Source: Gemmatimonadota bacterium (GTDB lineage Bacteria > Gemmatimonadota > Gemmatimonadetes > Gemmatimonadales > Gemmatimonadaceae). From it: a DNA stretch of 64,000 nt. Made by a program: the position numbers and the translations under genes. The stretch lies in assembly GCA_025360995.1 (NCBI GenBank), contig JANYBD010000056.1:2996-66995 (forward strand). Reading direction: 5' to 3'. Position 1 is the first letter of the stretch. The number at the start of each line of letters is the position of its first letter. Below are positions 45,040-54,688 of this stretch, one piece after another. A model generated the notes under the pieces. That model did no database searches. It was given only the letters and a program-made list of their open reading frames with translations, and was not told the origin of the DNA.

Positions 45040-46028
45040 CTGCGTTTCACTGTTTTTGCGTCACTCACAATACTGGCGACGGCGCCTGCTGCCAAAATCG
45101 CGGCGATCACGGCAAGAGTCCAGAGGTTCGCGTTCGCACCAAAAATGTCACGCATCCGTTCACCAAGTAACATTTTTACGCCAACAAATCCGAGGACGAC
45201 AGCAAGTGATGCGTTCAGATATTTGAACTTCTGGATCATTCCGGCGAGCCCGAAGTACAGCGACCGCAAGCAGAGAATCGCGAACACGTTTGACGTGAAT
45301 ACCAAAAACGGGTCAGTCGTGATCGCGAAAATCGCCGGAATGCTGTCCACCGCGAACAGCAGGTCGGTGCTTTCCACCAACACCAGCGCCACCATCAGCG
45401 GCGTGAAGTAGCGTTTTCCTTTCTGGATGATTTGAAACTTTTTTCCGTGAAACTCCTTGGTCACCCGGAAATGTTTGTTGAGCCACTGAACGATAAATGC
45501 GTCGTTCGGCGTTTTCTCCTTTTCGCGCGCGAGCAGCATCTTCACTGCCGTGAATACGAGAAACACACCAAACAACAGAAGAATCCAGTGGTACCGCGCC
45601 ACCAGAACCGCGCCGGCCCCGATCATCGCCCCGCGCATGGCCAGCGCTCCGAGAATCCCCCAAAACAATACGCGGTGTTGAAGTGCCGGCGGCACCTTCA
45701 CATGTTGAAAAATCAGCGCAATCATGAACACATTGTCCATCGATAAGCTGAGCTCAATCACATAGCCCGTGAGAAACTTCACGGCGGCAAGACGTCCGCC
45801 ATTGATCTGGTGGTCAACGGTATCCGCGACGGAGCCAAGTCCTTGCCAATGACTTTGGTACACGAAGTAGACGAGCCCCGCGAACCCCAATGCCAAGGCC
45901 ACGGTAAAAGCGGCGAAACCCAGCGCTTCTTTTATCGATGGCGCGTGGGCCTTCTTGTTGAACACACCCAGATCGAGGGAGAGCAACACCAGCACGAAGG
46001 CAAGAAATCCGGCCCATGGCAGTATCAA
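45036..46028 (-). CDS. terC: TerC-family integral membrane protein
   Basis: 330 aa, polytopic, with TerC-type blocks (ELSLSMDNVFMIALIF, VDSIPAIFAIT). The TTG start overlaps the upstream stop (TTGA). Confidence 0.85.
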   Translation of the reverse strand: MILPWAGFLAFVLVLLSLDLGVFNKKAHAPSIKEALGFAAFTVALALGFAGLVYFVYQSHWQGLGSVADTVDHQINGGRLAAVKFLTGYVIELSLSMDNVFMIALIFQHVKVPPALQHRVLFWGILGALAMRGAMIGAGAVLVARYHWILLLFGVFLVFTAVKMLLAREKEKTPNDAFIVQWLNKHFRVTKEFHGKKFQIIQKGKRYFTPLMVALVLVESTDLLFAVDSIPAIFAITTDPFLVFTSNVFAILCLRSLYFGLAGMIQKFKYLNASLAVVLGFVGVKMLLGERMRDIFGANANLWTLAVIAAILAAGAVASIVSDAKTVKRS

Positions 46029-46381
46029 GTCTTCGCCGCCTCAACCCACGCCTTCCATTCGGCGTCGGCCAATCCAATGGTGACTTTGTGCTGCCATCGA
46101 ACGAGAGGCTGCTGGATCACAAACGGTTCCTCGGTCAGTTTATCGAGCCAGCGGCTGTCGTCGTAGCGCACAGCGCCCAACCCGAGATCTGCGTATCGTC
46201 TTGCTGATTTGTCGATGAGGGCCGTCACGCCAAATTTCTGTGCGAAGCGCTGTAGCTCGCCCTTGCTTGGCGGTCGATCATTGAAATCCACGAAATGGAC
46301 CTTTATCCGGCGCTCACTGAAGAATCTCAGCGCTTTCTTTGTATTCGTACTTTTGTTGGTTCCGAAAATCTGAACTTCCAC
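46025..46381 (-). CDS. ArsC/Spx-family (YffB-like) protein lacking the N-terminal cysteine
   Basis: 118 aa. The IFGTNKSTNTKKALRFF block aligns with IYG..C..C.KA of the family, but no Cys is present anywhere in the protein. Confidence 0.7.
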   Translation of the reverse strand: MEVQIFGTNKSTNTKKALRFFSERRIKVHFVDFNDRPPSKGELQRFAQKFGVTALIDKSARRYADLGLGAVRYDDSRWLDKLTEEPFVIQQPLVRWQHKVTIGLADAEWKAWVEAAKT

Positions 46382-46496
46382 GGCAGGGCGGTCTCAGGTC
46401 AGGTTAGGCGTGTCGCATACTATTATATGATTGCGCCTCAGCTTGTGCCGATTCTTGGTGTTGAATTGCTGCCGATCCGACTCGACCGGACCCACC

Positions 46497-47480
46497 ATGC
46501 CAGAGATAGAATCCAAATTCCGCCCCGCTTGGTGGTTGCCAGGCCCGCACCTTCCGACGATCTGGGGGAAATTTGGCCGTTGGCAGCCGACCGTGCACGA
46601 TCGGGTGGAACGGGCCGAAACACCAGACGGCGATCACATCTCTCTTGTCCGGATGGGCGTCATTCGTTCCGGTGTTCCGCATTTATTAATTCTCCACGGC
46701 CTTGAAGGGAAGATAAATGCCAAGTACGCACACGGAATGCTGGCCGAGGCCCGCACGCGTGGATGGAGCGGCGACTTGATGATGTTTCGCTCGTGCGACG
46801 GTGAACCGAACGACGTCCGGCGATTGTACCACTCCGGAGAAACCACCGACATCGACTTTGTGGTCCGTGGACTCATCCAGGCTCATCCAGATTTGCACTT
46901 GCTGCTATGCGGCGTCTCCTTGGGAGGGAACGTCACCCTCAAATGGCTTGGTGAACAGGCGGCGAATTTGCCGCCGCAAGTCAAGCGTGCCGTAGCCATC
47001 AGCGTTCCATTTGATCTGGAAGAAGGGTCGGTGTTTATGGAACGCGGATTCTCGCGCGTGTATGTGCGACACTTCCTTCAAACCTTACGCGAAAAAACCC
47101 TACGCAAGATGGAGCGTTTTCCCGACCTGTGTAATCGCGAGCAGTTGATGGGCGCGCGCACTTTTCGCGACTTCGACAATCTTGTGACCGGCCCGGTGCA
47201 CGGATTTTGTGATGCCCACGACTACTACTCGAAATCGAGTTCGATCGGGTTCATCGACCAGATTCAGGTTGAGACACTGCTATTGAGTGCCTGGGATGAT
47301 CCCTTCTTACCAAAGCGGGTCCTCGAGCGGGTTCGCGAAATCGCACGGGCGAACCCGAGTCTTTTCCTTGAGTTCAGCGAACGGGGAGGCCACGTCGGTT
47401 CTGTAGAGGGGCAACCGTGGTCTCAGAATTATTATGTCGAAAAACGTTCAATTGAATGGTTATCCGAGTTTATGGCGTAA
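46497..47480 (+). CDS. Alpha/beta hydrolase, YheT/ABHD1-3-like
   Basis: Contains FRPAWWLPGPHLPTIWGKF, LHGLEG and a GVSLGGN nucleophile elbow. Start taken at the internal ATG 46497. Confidence 0.8.
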   Translation: MPEIESKFRPAWWLPGPHLPTIWGKFGRWQPTVHDRVERAETPDGDHISLVRMGVIRSGVPHLLILHGLEGKINAKYAHGMLAEARTRGWSGDLMMFRSCDGEPNDVRRLYHSGETTDIDFVVRGLIQAHPDLHLLLCGVSLGGNVTLKWLGEQAANLPPQVKRAVAISVPFDLEEGSVFMERGFSRVYVRHFLQTLREKTLRKMERFPDLCNREQLMGARTFRDFDNLVTGPVHGFCDAHDYYSKSSSIGFIDQIQVETLLLSAWDDPFLPKRVLERVREIARANPSLFLEFSERGGHVGSVEGQPWSQNYYVEKRSIEWLSEFMA

Positions 47481-47690
47481 TAATACATCGTTAGTGTTTT
47501 TATAGTGGCTTTATAAATGCCACTGTTTCGACCTAAAGACACATAAGTCTGCTTCGCCAGTAGCCGCGAGTGTTATGTGCTGGTGTCAGAGTTACGGCTC
47601 GTTTTTCAACATGGTGCCGGTTTTAATCTCGCAATAGTTTACACGTGAATATATCTTTTCCGCGCACCCATTTCAGTTGAGGTTCGGTCG

Positions 47691-48707
47691 ATGTCGCGTC
47701 GCCTATTGATCTGTGCCACTCTGTTTCTTTCAGCCTGCACACTCCAACGCTGGCAGCCATCACAACCGTCGGCCGTGAACGACCATATGGCCCATATGAG
47801 CGTCGCCGATGCGCGCTTATCGGGATTTTCTGAAGCAAACAAGACTGATCAGAGCATACCCGGATTCCCGGCGAGTGCCATAAACGCTGAAGCGCGTTTA
47901 AAGGCCAGCCCCCGCCACGCCGAATGGGTGAAAATTGCGTGGGAGCCGGGTTCCAAGGACTCGCTGATGGCTTGGGTTGTCTATCCGTCGTCCAGAACCA
48001 AGGCACCGGTAGTCGTCGTGGTACATGAAATTTTTGGTCTTTCCACCTGGGTTCGCGGCGTGGCCGATCAAGTCGCCGCTGAGGGCTTTATTGCCATCGC
48101 ACCCGATTTTCTGTCCCGTGTACGTGGTGGCCCCACCAGCGATGAACTACGCAGCGACTCCGCGACGCGAATCATCCGCGGGGTAAATGCCGAAGAGCGC
48201 AACCGCGCCATCACGGCGGTAGCGAACTATGCAATGTTGCTGCCCTCCGCCCAGCAGAAGTACGCAGTCATAGGGTACTGCTGGGGCGGCCAGACGACGT
48301 TCATGCACGCCATCAATGGTGGCGTGAAAGGCTTCTCTGGCGGCGTCGCATTCTATGGATTTCCGTATACGACAGGTGGAGCGCCGGCTACTGCGACAAC
48401 CGCCGCAACGCCGGCGACGATCAACGTTGACTCCCTGGCAAAGATCAAAGTGCCGATGATGCTCCTCAGTGGCTCGAAAGACGCTCGCATTGGCGCGGCC
48501 ATGCCACAGCTCGATTCCCTTATGAAAGCAATGGGGAAGAGCTACGTCGGAAAAAATTACGAAGGCGCCACCCACGGTTTTCTCCGCGCCCAGGACGATC
48601 CGAAAGCCAGTCGCGATACCGCCGAAGAAGCCGCGAACATCGCCGCAACCAAAGACGGTTGGCCCTTGACGATATCGTTCCTTAAGAAAAATCTTGGGGC
48701 GAAATAA
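47691..48707 (+). CDS. Dienelactone hydrolase-family protein, secreted/lipoprotein
   Basis: Lipobox-like LFLSAC, VVVVHEIFGL, and a GYCWGG Cys nucleophile elbow. Confidence 0.8.
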   Translation: MSRRLLICATLFLSACTLQRWQPSQPSAVNDHMAHMSVADARLSGFSEANKTDQSIPGFPASAINAEARLKASPRHAEWVKIAWEPGSKDSLMAWVVYPSSRTKAPVVVVVHEIFGLSTWVRGVADQVAAEGFIAIAPDFLSRVRGGPTSDELRSDSATRIIRGVNAEERNRAITAVANYAMLLPSAQQKYAVIGYCWGGQTTFMHAINGGVKGFSGGVAFYGFPYTTGGAPATATTAATPATINVDSLAKIKVPMMLLSGSKDARIGAAMPQLDSLMKAMGKSYVGKNYEGATHGFLRAQDDPKASRDTAEEAANIAATKDGWPLTISFLKKNLGAK

Positions 48708-48712
48708 ACCGG

Positions 48713-48997
48713 TTACCGCGCCATAAAGTACACGGAAAGCCATTCCGGCCAATTGCCGGTCATTTCAAAGAAGTCGTCGAAGTGCCGAAGACCGCTAGTT
48801 TCGAAGGCCTCGAGCAATATGCCGAGGCCTTCGTCATTGTAAATCGGCCCGATGGCAATAAGTTCGCCTTCAACCCGAAATTCATCGTCCGTAAGATTGA
48901 GGGAAGTATCGATTTGGGTGCGGGTAAAGCCCGCCCGCTCGAACGCTTCCTTTCGAACCAGTAGCGTGGGAGCACCTGACGTGAGTGTAAGTGGCAT
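48713..48997 (-). CDS. Hypothetical small acidic protein
   Basis: 94 aa from MPLTLTSG. No motif recognised. The longer ORF (to 49048) would overlap mnmG. Confidence 0.4.
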   Translation of the reverse strand: MPLTLTSGAPTLLVRKEAFERAGFTRTQIDTSLNLTDDEFRVEGELIAIGPIYNDEGLGILLEAFETSGLRHFDDFFEMTGNWPEWLSVYFMAR

Positions 48998-49020
48998 GGT
49001 GGCAGGATAGCTTTCGTCCA

Positions 49021-50946
49021 ATGACAGAAGCAAGGGTAGAAGCCACATACGATGTCATTGTCGTCGGCGGCGGACACGCGGGTACGGAAGCCGCCGTGGC
49101 CGCCTCCCGTTCGGGCGCGCGCGTCGCGCTCGTCACGAGCGTGATCGACACAATCGGCCAAATGTCATGTAACCCGGCCATTGGCGGGGTCGCCAAAGGC
49201 ACGGTCGTTCGTGAGGTAGACGCACTCGGCGGCATAATGGGCCGCGCAACCGATCTGGCAACTATTCAGTTTCGGATGCTGAACCGCGGTAAGGGTCCAG
49301 CCGTTTGGGCGCCGCGCGCGCAATGTGATCGTGGACTCTATCGAAGAGCTGTCCGGCAGTTAATCGAAGCGCATCCTGGAATCTCTATCGTGCAGGGCAC
49401 GGTGCGCCGGTTGTTGTTCGCACCTGGCGACGCGCGCGTTGCGGGTGTCGAGACTATGGAGGGACGTCGCTTTGGTGCGCGGTCCGTGGTCATCACCACC
49501 GGCACGTTCTTGCATGGCCGCATTCATATTGGTACCGACACGCAAGTTACCGGTGGGCGAGCCGGCGAAGCGGCCACGACTCACCTCGCAGAGCAATTGG
49601 CAGACGTCGGCCTCACGGTTGAGCGGTTCAAGACGGGCACACCGCCGAGGATTGATGGTCGTAGCGTGAACTTCTCCGCGCTTGAGCGACAGGAAAGTGA
49701 GATTGCCGATTTCCAATATTCATGGTCTGTGTTCGCTCCGCATCGGCACAACGAACAGCTGCCTTGCTGGATAACCTTCGCCGGCGAACCGACCAAGCGG
49801 ATTGTAGCTGATCATATCAATGAGTCTGCAATGTATGGGGGCGCAATTGGCGCTCGCGGACCCCGCTATTGTCCGTCAATCGAAGACAAGATTGTCCGGT
49901 TCCCGAACGCGGAACGACATCAGGTATTCCTGGAACCCGAAGGACTCGACACCAGTGAGCTGTATGTGAACGGCCTTTCCACATCGCTGCCGGTCGCCGT
50001 TCAACTCGAAATGCTGCATTCGGTGCCCGGACTCGAGCGCGCCGAGATGACCCGATCCGGTTACGCGATTGAGTATGACTACTATCCACCGACGCAGCTT
50101 TTCGCGTCGCTTGAAGTCCGCGCGATCCAGGGTTTGTTTTTTGCCGGCCAGATCAACGGAACTACCGGGTATGAAGAAGCGGGCGCTCAGGGCGTCGTCG
50201 CCGGTATCAATGCGGCGCGACGATCTGTGGATCGTGAAGCAATCGTACTCGGTAGGGAAACGTCATACATCGGCGTACTCATCGATGATCTCGTCACCCG
50301 TGGCGTGGATGAACCCTATCGTTTGTTCACATCGCGCTCCGAGTTCCGCCTAACTGTTCGTCAAGACAATGCGCTTCGCCGCCTCGGGCCGATTGCAGAA
50401 GCGATGGGATTGTACTCTGGTTCGGAGCGGCGTGTGCATGATGCGCGCATCGCCGCCGAAGATCGGGCACACACATTAGCTCGTGAAACCAGCGTGCGAC
50501 CAGAACAGGTTGCGGCGTTGCTCGCACCGTCCGGAACCGCTCCATTGATCCACTCCGTGCGTGTTGCTGAGCTCGCCAAGCGTCAAGGTGTCACGCTCAC
50601 CGCGCTCTTTGCGGCAGCGGGGATTCGCGTTGACGTGCCGTTGGAAGCGTTGACCACTGTTGAATTGGAACTCAAGTACGACGGGTATTTCAAACGGGAA
50701 CGCGAAGCCGCCGATCGCCTGAAGAAGATGAGCAGCTTCGTTCTGCCGCTTGATGCACCATACGAAACCATGCGTTCCCTTTCAACGGAGTCACGTCAGA
50801 AATTGGCCGTGCGCCGCCCATCCACTTTGGCCCAAGCGTCGAACCTCCCGGGCGTGAGTCCGTCGGATCTCCAGAATCTTGTGATGGAGATTGAGCGTCT
50901 GCGATCTGTTCGGCCGACGGACGTCGACGGCGTCGCTACATCTTGA
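49021..50946 (+). CDS. mnmG: tRNA uridine 5-carboxymethylaminomethyl modification enzyme
   Basis: YDVIVVGGGHAGTEAA FAD motif and length of about 640 aa. The ORF opens at 48991. Confidence 0.95.
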   Translation: MTEARVEATYDVIVVGGGHAGTEAAVAASRSGARVALVTSVIDTIGQMSCNPAIGGVAKGTVVREVDALGGIMGRATDLATIQFRMLNRGKGPAVWAPRAQCDRGLYRRAVRQLIEAHPGISIVQGTVRRLLFAPGDARVAGVETMEGRRFGARSVVITTGTFLHGRIHIGTDTQVTGGRAGEAATTHLAEQLADVGLTVERFKTGTPPRIDGRSVNFSALERQESEIADFQYSWSVFAPHRHNEQLPCWITFAGEPTKRIVADHINESAMYGGAIGARGPRYCPSIEDKIVRFPNAERHQVFLEPEGLDTSELYVNGLSTSLPVAVQLEMLHSVPGLERAEMTRSGYAIEYDYYPPTQLFASLEVRAIQGLFFAGQINGTTGYEEAGAQGVVAGINAARRSVDREAIVLGRETSYIGVLIDDLVTRGVDEPYRLFTSRSEFRLTVRQDNALRRLGPIAEAMGLYSGSERRVHDARIAAEDRAHTLARETSVRPEQVAALLAPSGTAPLIHSVRVAELAKRQGVTLTALFAAAGIRVDVPLEALTTVELELKYDGYFKREREAADRLKKMSSFVLPLDAPYETMRSLSTESRQKLAVRRPSTLAQASNLPGVSPSDLQNLVMEIERLRSVRPTDVDGVATS

Positions 50947-52988
50947 GCACCACTGACGGGCGCAGCGATAGCGTCACCGTCGATTGGCTAGCGACGCGCG
51001 GCATTGCTGTGATGCTGGCCGTGCTGGGCTTTCTCCCGTTGTGTCGATGGCTGCCGGGGGGAGAAGAAGATCCCGATTACACACGACGATTATCCGAATG
51101 GGGATACGGCACCGGCATTTGTGTTGGCATCGCGATTTTGGTGGTGGTCCTGTCGTCTCGAATGAAAATGCCAAGCCGGCAGTCGCTGCCAACGATACCA
51201 GGGTTGGCGTTACATCCGTTGTGGCTCTGCGTGGCGGCGTTCAGTCTTTATTGTTGGATCGCCCTGTCAGTTTTTTCAGGGCGGCCGTTGATGATCGACG
51301 AAGTGGTTCAGGTGATGCAAGCGAGGATTTTCGCGGCGGGACAGCTCTGGTTACCGGTTGCCGCTCACCGGGAATTCTTTTCCGTCCTGCACATTGTCGA
51401 TGTTGCGGAAAAGCGCTATGCGCAGTTTCCGCCGGGCGGGCCGGCGATGCTCGCCTTCGGTGAAATATTCCGCGCAACATGGCTAGTTGGACCGGTATGC
51501 GGCGCTATTGCCGTCTGGTGTTTTTCTCAGATCGTACGCGTGACCGATCCGGACGCCGGGCCATGGCAGCTTTGGGCTACGACTGCACTCTTTGCCGTGG
51601 CACCGTTTGGCGCGTTCATGTTTGGCTCGCACATGAATCACGGCACAGGGTTGATGTGGCTCGTGCTCGCGGTGTTGGCGCTGGCGCGTATGATGGACGG
51701 AACCGTCACGCGTCGGCGACGCGTATCCTGGGCGTTCGTAAACGGACTCGCGCTGGGAATGGCGGCGACGATTCGTCCGCTCGATGCGTTTGCGTTCGCA
51801 CTTCCCGCGGCATTGTGGATGGTGGTACGTGCGACGGGTGACCGACGTGAATGGGTTCCCGCGATCGTTGCTGGAGCCGGAGTGGCAATTCCTTTTGCCG
51901 CAATGCTCTGGGTGAATGCGCAAACGACTGGAGCACCATTTCTTTTCGGATACGAAGTGCTTTGGGGTAAGGGTCACGGGCTGGGCTTTCATACGTCGCC
52001 GTGGGGAGTCGCTCACACGCCATCGCGCGGCGTCGAGCTGCTCTCGCTCTATGTCACCCGATTACAGACGTATCTATTTGAAACGCCGTTTCCGTCAATG
52101 GTACCAGTGATTGCCGCCCTGGCGCTGGCGCGCCGAGTATCGGCGCTCGATCGCTACCTCTTGGGAAGCGCGACACTTCTTGGCGTATTCTATTTTGGGT
52201 ATTGGCACGACGGATTTTACCTCGGACCACGGTTTGTTCTCCCCTGGCTACCGGTAATTATTCTTTGGGCCGCTCGGCTACCCCGACTTGTGCGTGAGCG
52301 TTTTGCCGATCGCCGGATTTCACTCGGTGTGAATTCCGCGCTGGCCACGGGCGCGTTGATTGCGGTGACGGTATCCGTGCCGATTCGCGCCGAGATCTAT
52401 CGTGGTGCCTTCCAGTCAATGCGTGTGAATTTCACGCAATTGGCATCGGATGCCAATGTCACGAACTCGCTGGTGTTCGTGCGAGAGAGTTGGGGTGCGC
52501 AGATTATCGCGCGCATGTGGGCGCAGGGTGTTTCCCGTAATGCGACGGAAACGTTCTATCGAAAGATTGATGCGTGCGCCCTCGACCACGTGATGCGAAC
52601 CGCCGAGGCGGAAGGATGGACCGGTTCGCGGGTAGAGTTGGAGATGGCACCGTTGATGGCGGATTCGTCGCGGGTCATCAAGAGCCCGTTGTCCACCGAC
52701 CCCACGGAGCGGCTGTTGCCGGGTGCGACATACGATGCGAGTTGCACGGCGCGCATTGCCGAGGATCGCCTGGGATTTGCATTGCTGGTACCGCTATTGC
52801 TTGAGCGGGGTAGTGGGAATGTGTACGCTCGGGATTTACAGGGGCGCGATTCGTTGTTGCTGCAGCAGTATCCCGAGCGGCCGGTCTATCTGTTGCGACA
52901 TCAGGGTTCGGCGGTGGACGCTCCATTCGAATGGTTACCATTGCGCCGGGATTCGCTGGTGGGCGCCTGGCGGAGCGCGGTGCCGTAG
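50943..52988 (+). CDS. Polytopic membrane protein, GT-C-fold glycosyltransferase-like (ArnT/PMT-like)
   Basis: More than 10 hydrophobic segments. A DE motif lies in the first loop (RPLMIDEVVQVMQARIF), followed by a C-terminal soluble domain of about 200 aa. The TTG start overlaps the mnmG stop. Confidence 0.5.
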   Translation: MSTTDGRSDSVTVDWLATRGIAVMLAVLGFLPLCRWLPGGEEDPDYTRRLSEWGYGTGICVGIAILVVVLSSRMKMPSRQSLPTIPGLALHPLWLCVAAFSLYCWIALSVFSGRPLMIDEVVQVMQARIFAAGQLWLPVAAHREFFSVLHIVDVAEKRYAQFPPGGPAMLAFGEIFRATWLVGPVCGAIAVWCFSQIVRVTDPDAGPWQLWATTALFAVAPFGAFMFGSHMNHGTGLMWLVLAVLALARMMDGTVTRRRRVSWAFVNGLALGMAATIRPLDAFAFALPAALWMVVRATGDRREWVPAIVAGAGVAIPFAAMLWVNAQTTGAPFLFGYEVLWGKGHGLGFHTSPWGVAHTPSRGVELLSLYVTRLQTYLFETPFPSMVPVIAALALARRVSALDRYLLGSATLLGVFYFGYWHDGFYLGPRFVLPWLPVIILWAARLPRLVRERFADRRISLGVNSALATGALIAVTVSVPIRAEIYRGAFQSMRVNFTQLASDANVTNSLVFVRESWGAQIIARMWAQGVSRNATETFYRKIDACALDHVMRTAEAEGWTGSRVELEMAPLMADSSRVIKSPLSTDPTERLLPGATYDASCTARIAEDRLGFALLVPLLLERGSGNVYARDLQGRDSLLLQQYPERPVYLLRHQGSAVDAPFEWLPLRRDSLVGAWRSAVP

Positions 52989-53007
52989 GCGTGGTTGCTA
53001 AGGGGTA

Positions 53008-53030
53008 TTTAGTAACATATTGATACTAAA
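53008..53030. promoter_or_regulatory. Palindrome TTTAGTA-N9-TACTAAA (same TTAGTA-N9-TACTAA core as 4417-4439)
   Basis: Read directly: tttagtaacatattgatactaaa. It lies 46 nt upstream of the SIMPL gene ATG. A TATACT box is at 53049-53054. Confidence 0.45.
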
Positions 53031-53075
53031 CATATTTATTTACATTAGTATACTATTTCATTCCTGGAGAGACTT

Positions 53076-53786
53076 ATGCGGTTTCACTCATTCCTATTGC
53101 TCGGCCTAATAGCAGGCGGGATTCAAGCGCAGAGTCCCGCGCTTAACGTGCCACAGATCGTCACAAGCGCATCGGCGGAAGTTGATCTGAAGCCGGATCG
53201 CGCCGCATTGTCGTTCACCGTGGAGAGTCGCGCCGGAACTGCGGCGCGCGCCGGCGCCGAGTCCGCCAGAAAGCAACGTGCGGTACTCGACACATTGCGG
53301 GCCATGGGTATTTCGCCAGATCAAATGACTACGACCAGCATTGATATCAGCCCGGAGTATGTCTATCCTGGGCAGAATCAGCCGCCCAGGGTGTCCGGCT
53401 ACGTCGCGCGCAACTCTGTCCGGGTGGAAGTGCTCAAAATTGACCAGACCGGGGCTTTGATAGACGCAGCGTTGTCGAAGGAGGCGTCCGGTGTCGGATC
53501 ATTGGACTTCAGTTCGTCCAAAGAGGCTGAGGGCAGACGTCAGGCGTTGGAGCTGGCGGTTGGAAAAGCAAAAGCCGAGGCGGAGTCAATGGCGCGCGCT
53601 GCGGGCGTCACGTTTGGAACGCTGATTGAGCTCATCGCCCAGCCTCAGTATGTGCAGCCAATTTATCGTAATATGGCTTTCAAGTCAGCCATGGCCCAAT
53701 CGTCAGCTGATGCCACCCCGGTTAGCCCGGGACAACTCAAGATCAGCGCCACTGTCAGCGGCCGGTGGAGCTTTACGCCTAGATAG
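53076..53786 (+). CDS. SIMPL-domain (DUF541) periplasmic protein
   Basis: Signal peptide plus the typical SIMPL layout (...A.V.L.PD.A.....V......A..A..........L...G.....I.T). Confidence 0.75.
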   Translation: MRFHSFLLLGLIAGGIQAQSPALNVPQIVTSASAEVDLKPDRAALSFTVESRAGTAARAGAESARKQRAVLDTLRAMGISPDQMTTTSIDISPEYVYPGQNQPPRVSGYVARNSVRVEVLKIDQTGALIDAALSKEASGVGSLDFSSSKEAEGRRQALELAVGKAKAEAESMARAAGVTFGTLIELIAQPQYVQPIYRNMAFKSAMAQSSADATPVSPGQLKISATVSGRWSFTPR

Positions 53787-53787
53787 G

Positions 53788-53803
53788 TGTTTCACGTGAA
53801 ACA
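53788..53803. promoter_or_regulatory. parS: parS centromere-like site, perfect consensus TGTTTCACGTGAAACA
   Basis: Read directly. It lies 1 nt after the SIMPL stop and 33 nt before the parA ATG. Confidence 0.85.
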
Positions 53804-53835
53804 TTAGCCATTGCCGATTTGATGGGGGAGCCGGT

Positions 53836-54672
53836 ATGTTCACTCGGCTCCCCTTTCTCACCTTTGGCAAACTGGAAGTCGTGGCTAGAGTTATCGCAAT
53901 TGCAAATCAGAAGGGTGGGGTAGGCAAGACAACGACAGCGGTTAATCTCGCCGCGAGTCTTGCTGCCGCCGAGCAACGGGTATTGCTGATCGATGGCGAC
54001 CCTCAGGGAAATGCCACCAGCGGCATCGGCATTGACAAAGCATCTGTGGACAGGACTGTCTATGACGTTTTGTTGGATCCCTCTCTCATAGAGCTGGCAA
54101 TTGTCCACTCTGTGCAGTTTCGTCACCTGGATGTTGTGCCGGCGACACCGGACTTAGCTGGTGCGGAAATAGAGCTCGTTGGCAAAGATGAGCGTGAACT
54201 CTCAATGCGTCATGCCCTTGTACCGATTCGCCAGGCGTATGATTTCATTTTAATTGACTGCCCTCCGTCACTCGGGCTAATCACACTAAACATGCTCGCT
54301 GCAGCTGACGCACTATTGATTCCTTTACAGTGCGAGTACTACGCACTCGAGGGGCTTTCGCAACTCTTGAATACGATTCATCTGGTACAGCAGGGAATTA
54401 ATCCGTCGTTGGCGATCGAAGGGGTTCTTCTGACGATGTTCGATGCCCGGCTTAATCTCTCGCGTCAGGTCGCCACGGATGCGCGCGAGTATTTCGGAGC
54501 AAAGGTTTTCCAGAACGTAATTCCCCGAAACGTCCGCTTGGCAGAAGCTCCAAGTTTTGGGAAGCCGATCATTCTGTATGATGTCGCATCGGTCGGGGCG
54601 CAAGCGTATGTCGGCGTCGCGAAGGAGTTGATTGAACGTCAGCGAGTACATACAAAGCCAAAGCCGGATTGA
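53836..54672 (+). CDS. parA: Chromosome partitioning ATPase ParA/Soj
   Basis: Deviant Walker [19 protein letters not shown]. Confidence 0.95.
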   Translation: MFTRLPFLTFGKLEVVARVIAIANQKGGVGKTTTAVNLAASLAAAEQRVLLIDGDPQGNATSGIGIDKASVDRTVYDVLLDPSLIELAIVHSVQFRHLDVVPATPDLAGAEIELVGKDERELSMRHALVPIRQAYDFILIDCPPSLGLITLNMLAAADALLIPLQCEYYALEGLSQLLNTIHLVQQGINPSLAIEGVLLTMFDARLNLSRQVATDAREYFGAKVFQNVIPRNVRLAEAPSFGKPIILYDVASVGAQAYVGVAKELIERQRVHTKPKPD

Positions 54673-54688
54673 CAGTTTTGTGACCGAT

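Noticed and set aside
46382-46496. Possible yybP-ykoY (Mn) riboswitch upstream of the arsC-like/terC pair.
   Set aside because: I could not find the conserved riboswitch sequence blocks. The region contains only divergent promoter-like TATAAT/TATTAT elements.
47637-47650. parS-like string GTTTACACGTGAAT upstream of the dienelactone hydrolase gene.
   Set aside because: Relative to TGTTTCACGTGAAACA it has an inserted base in the left arm and a broken right arm. It shares only the CACGTG core.
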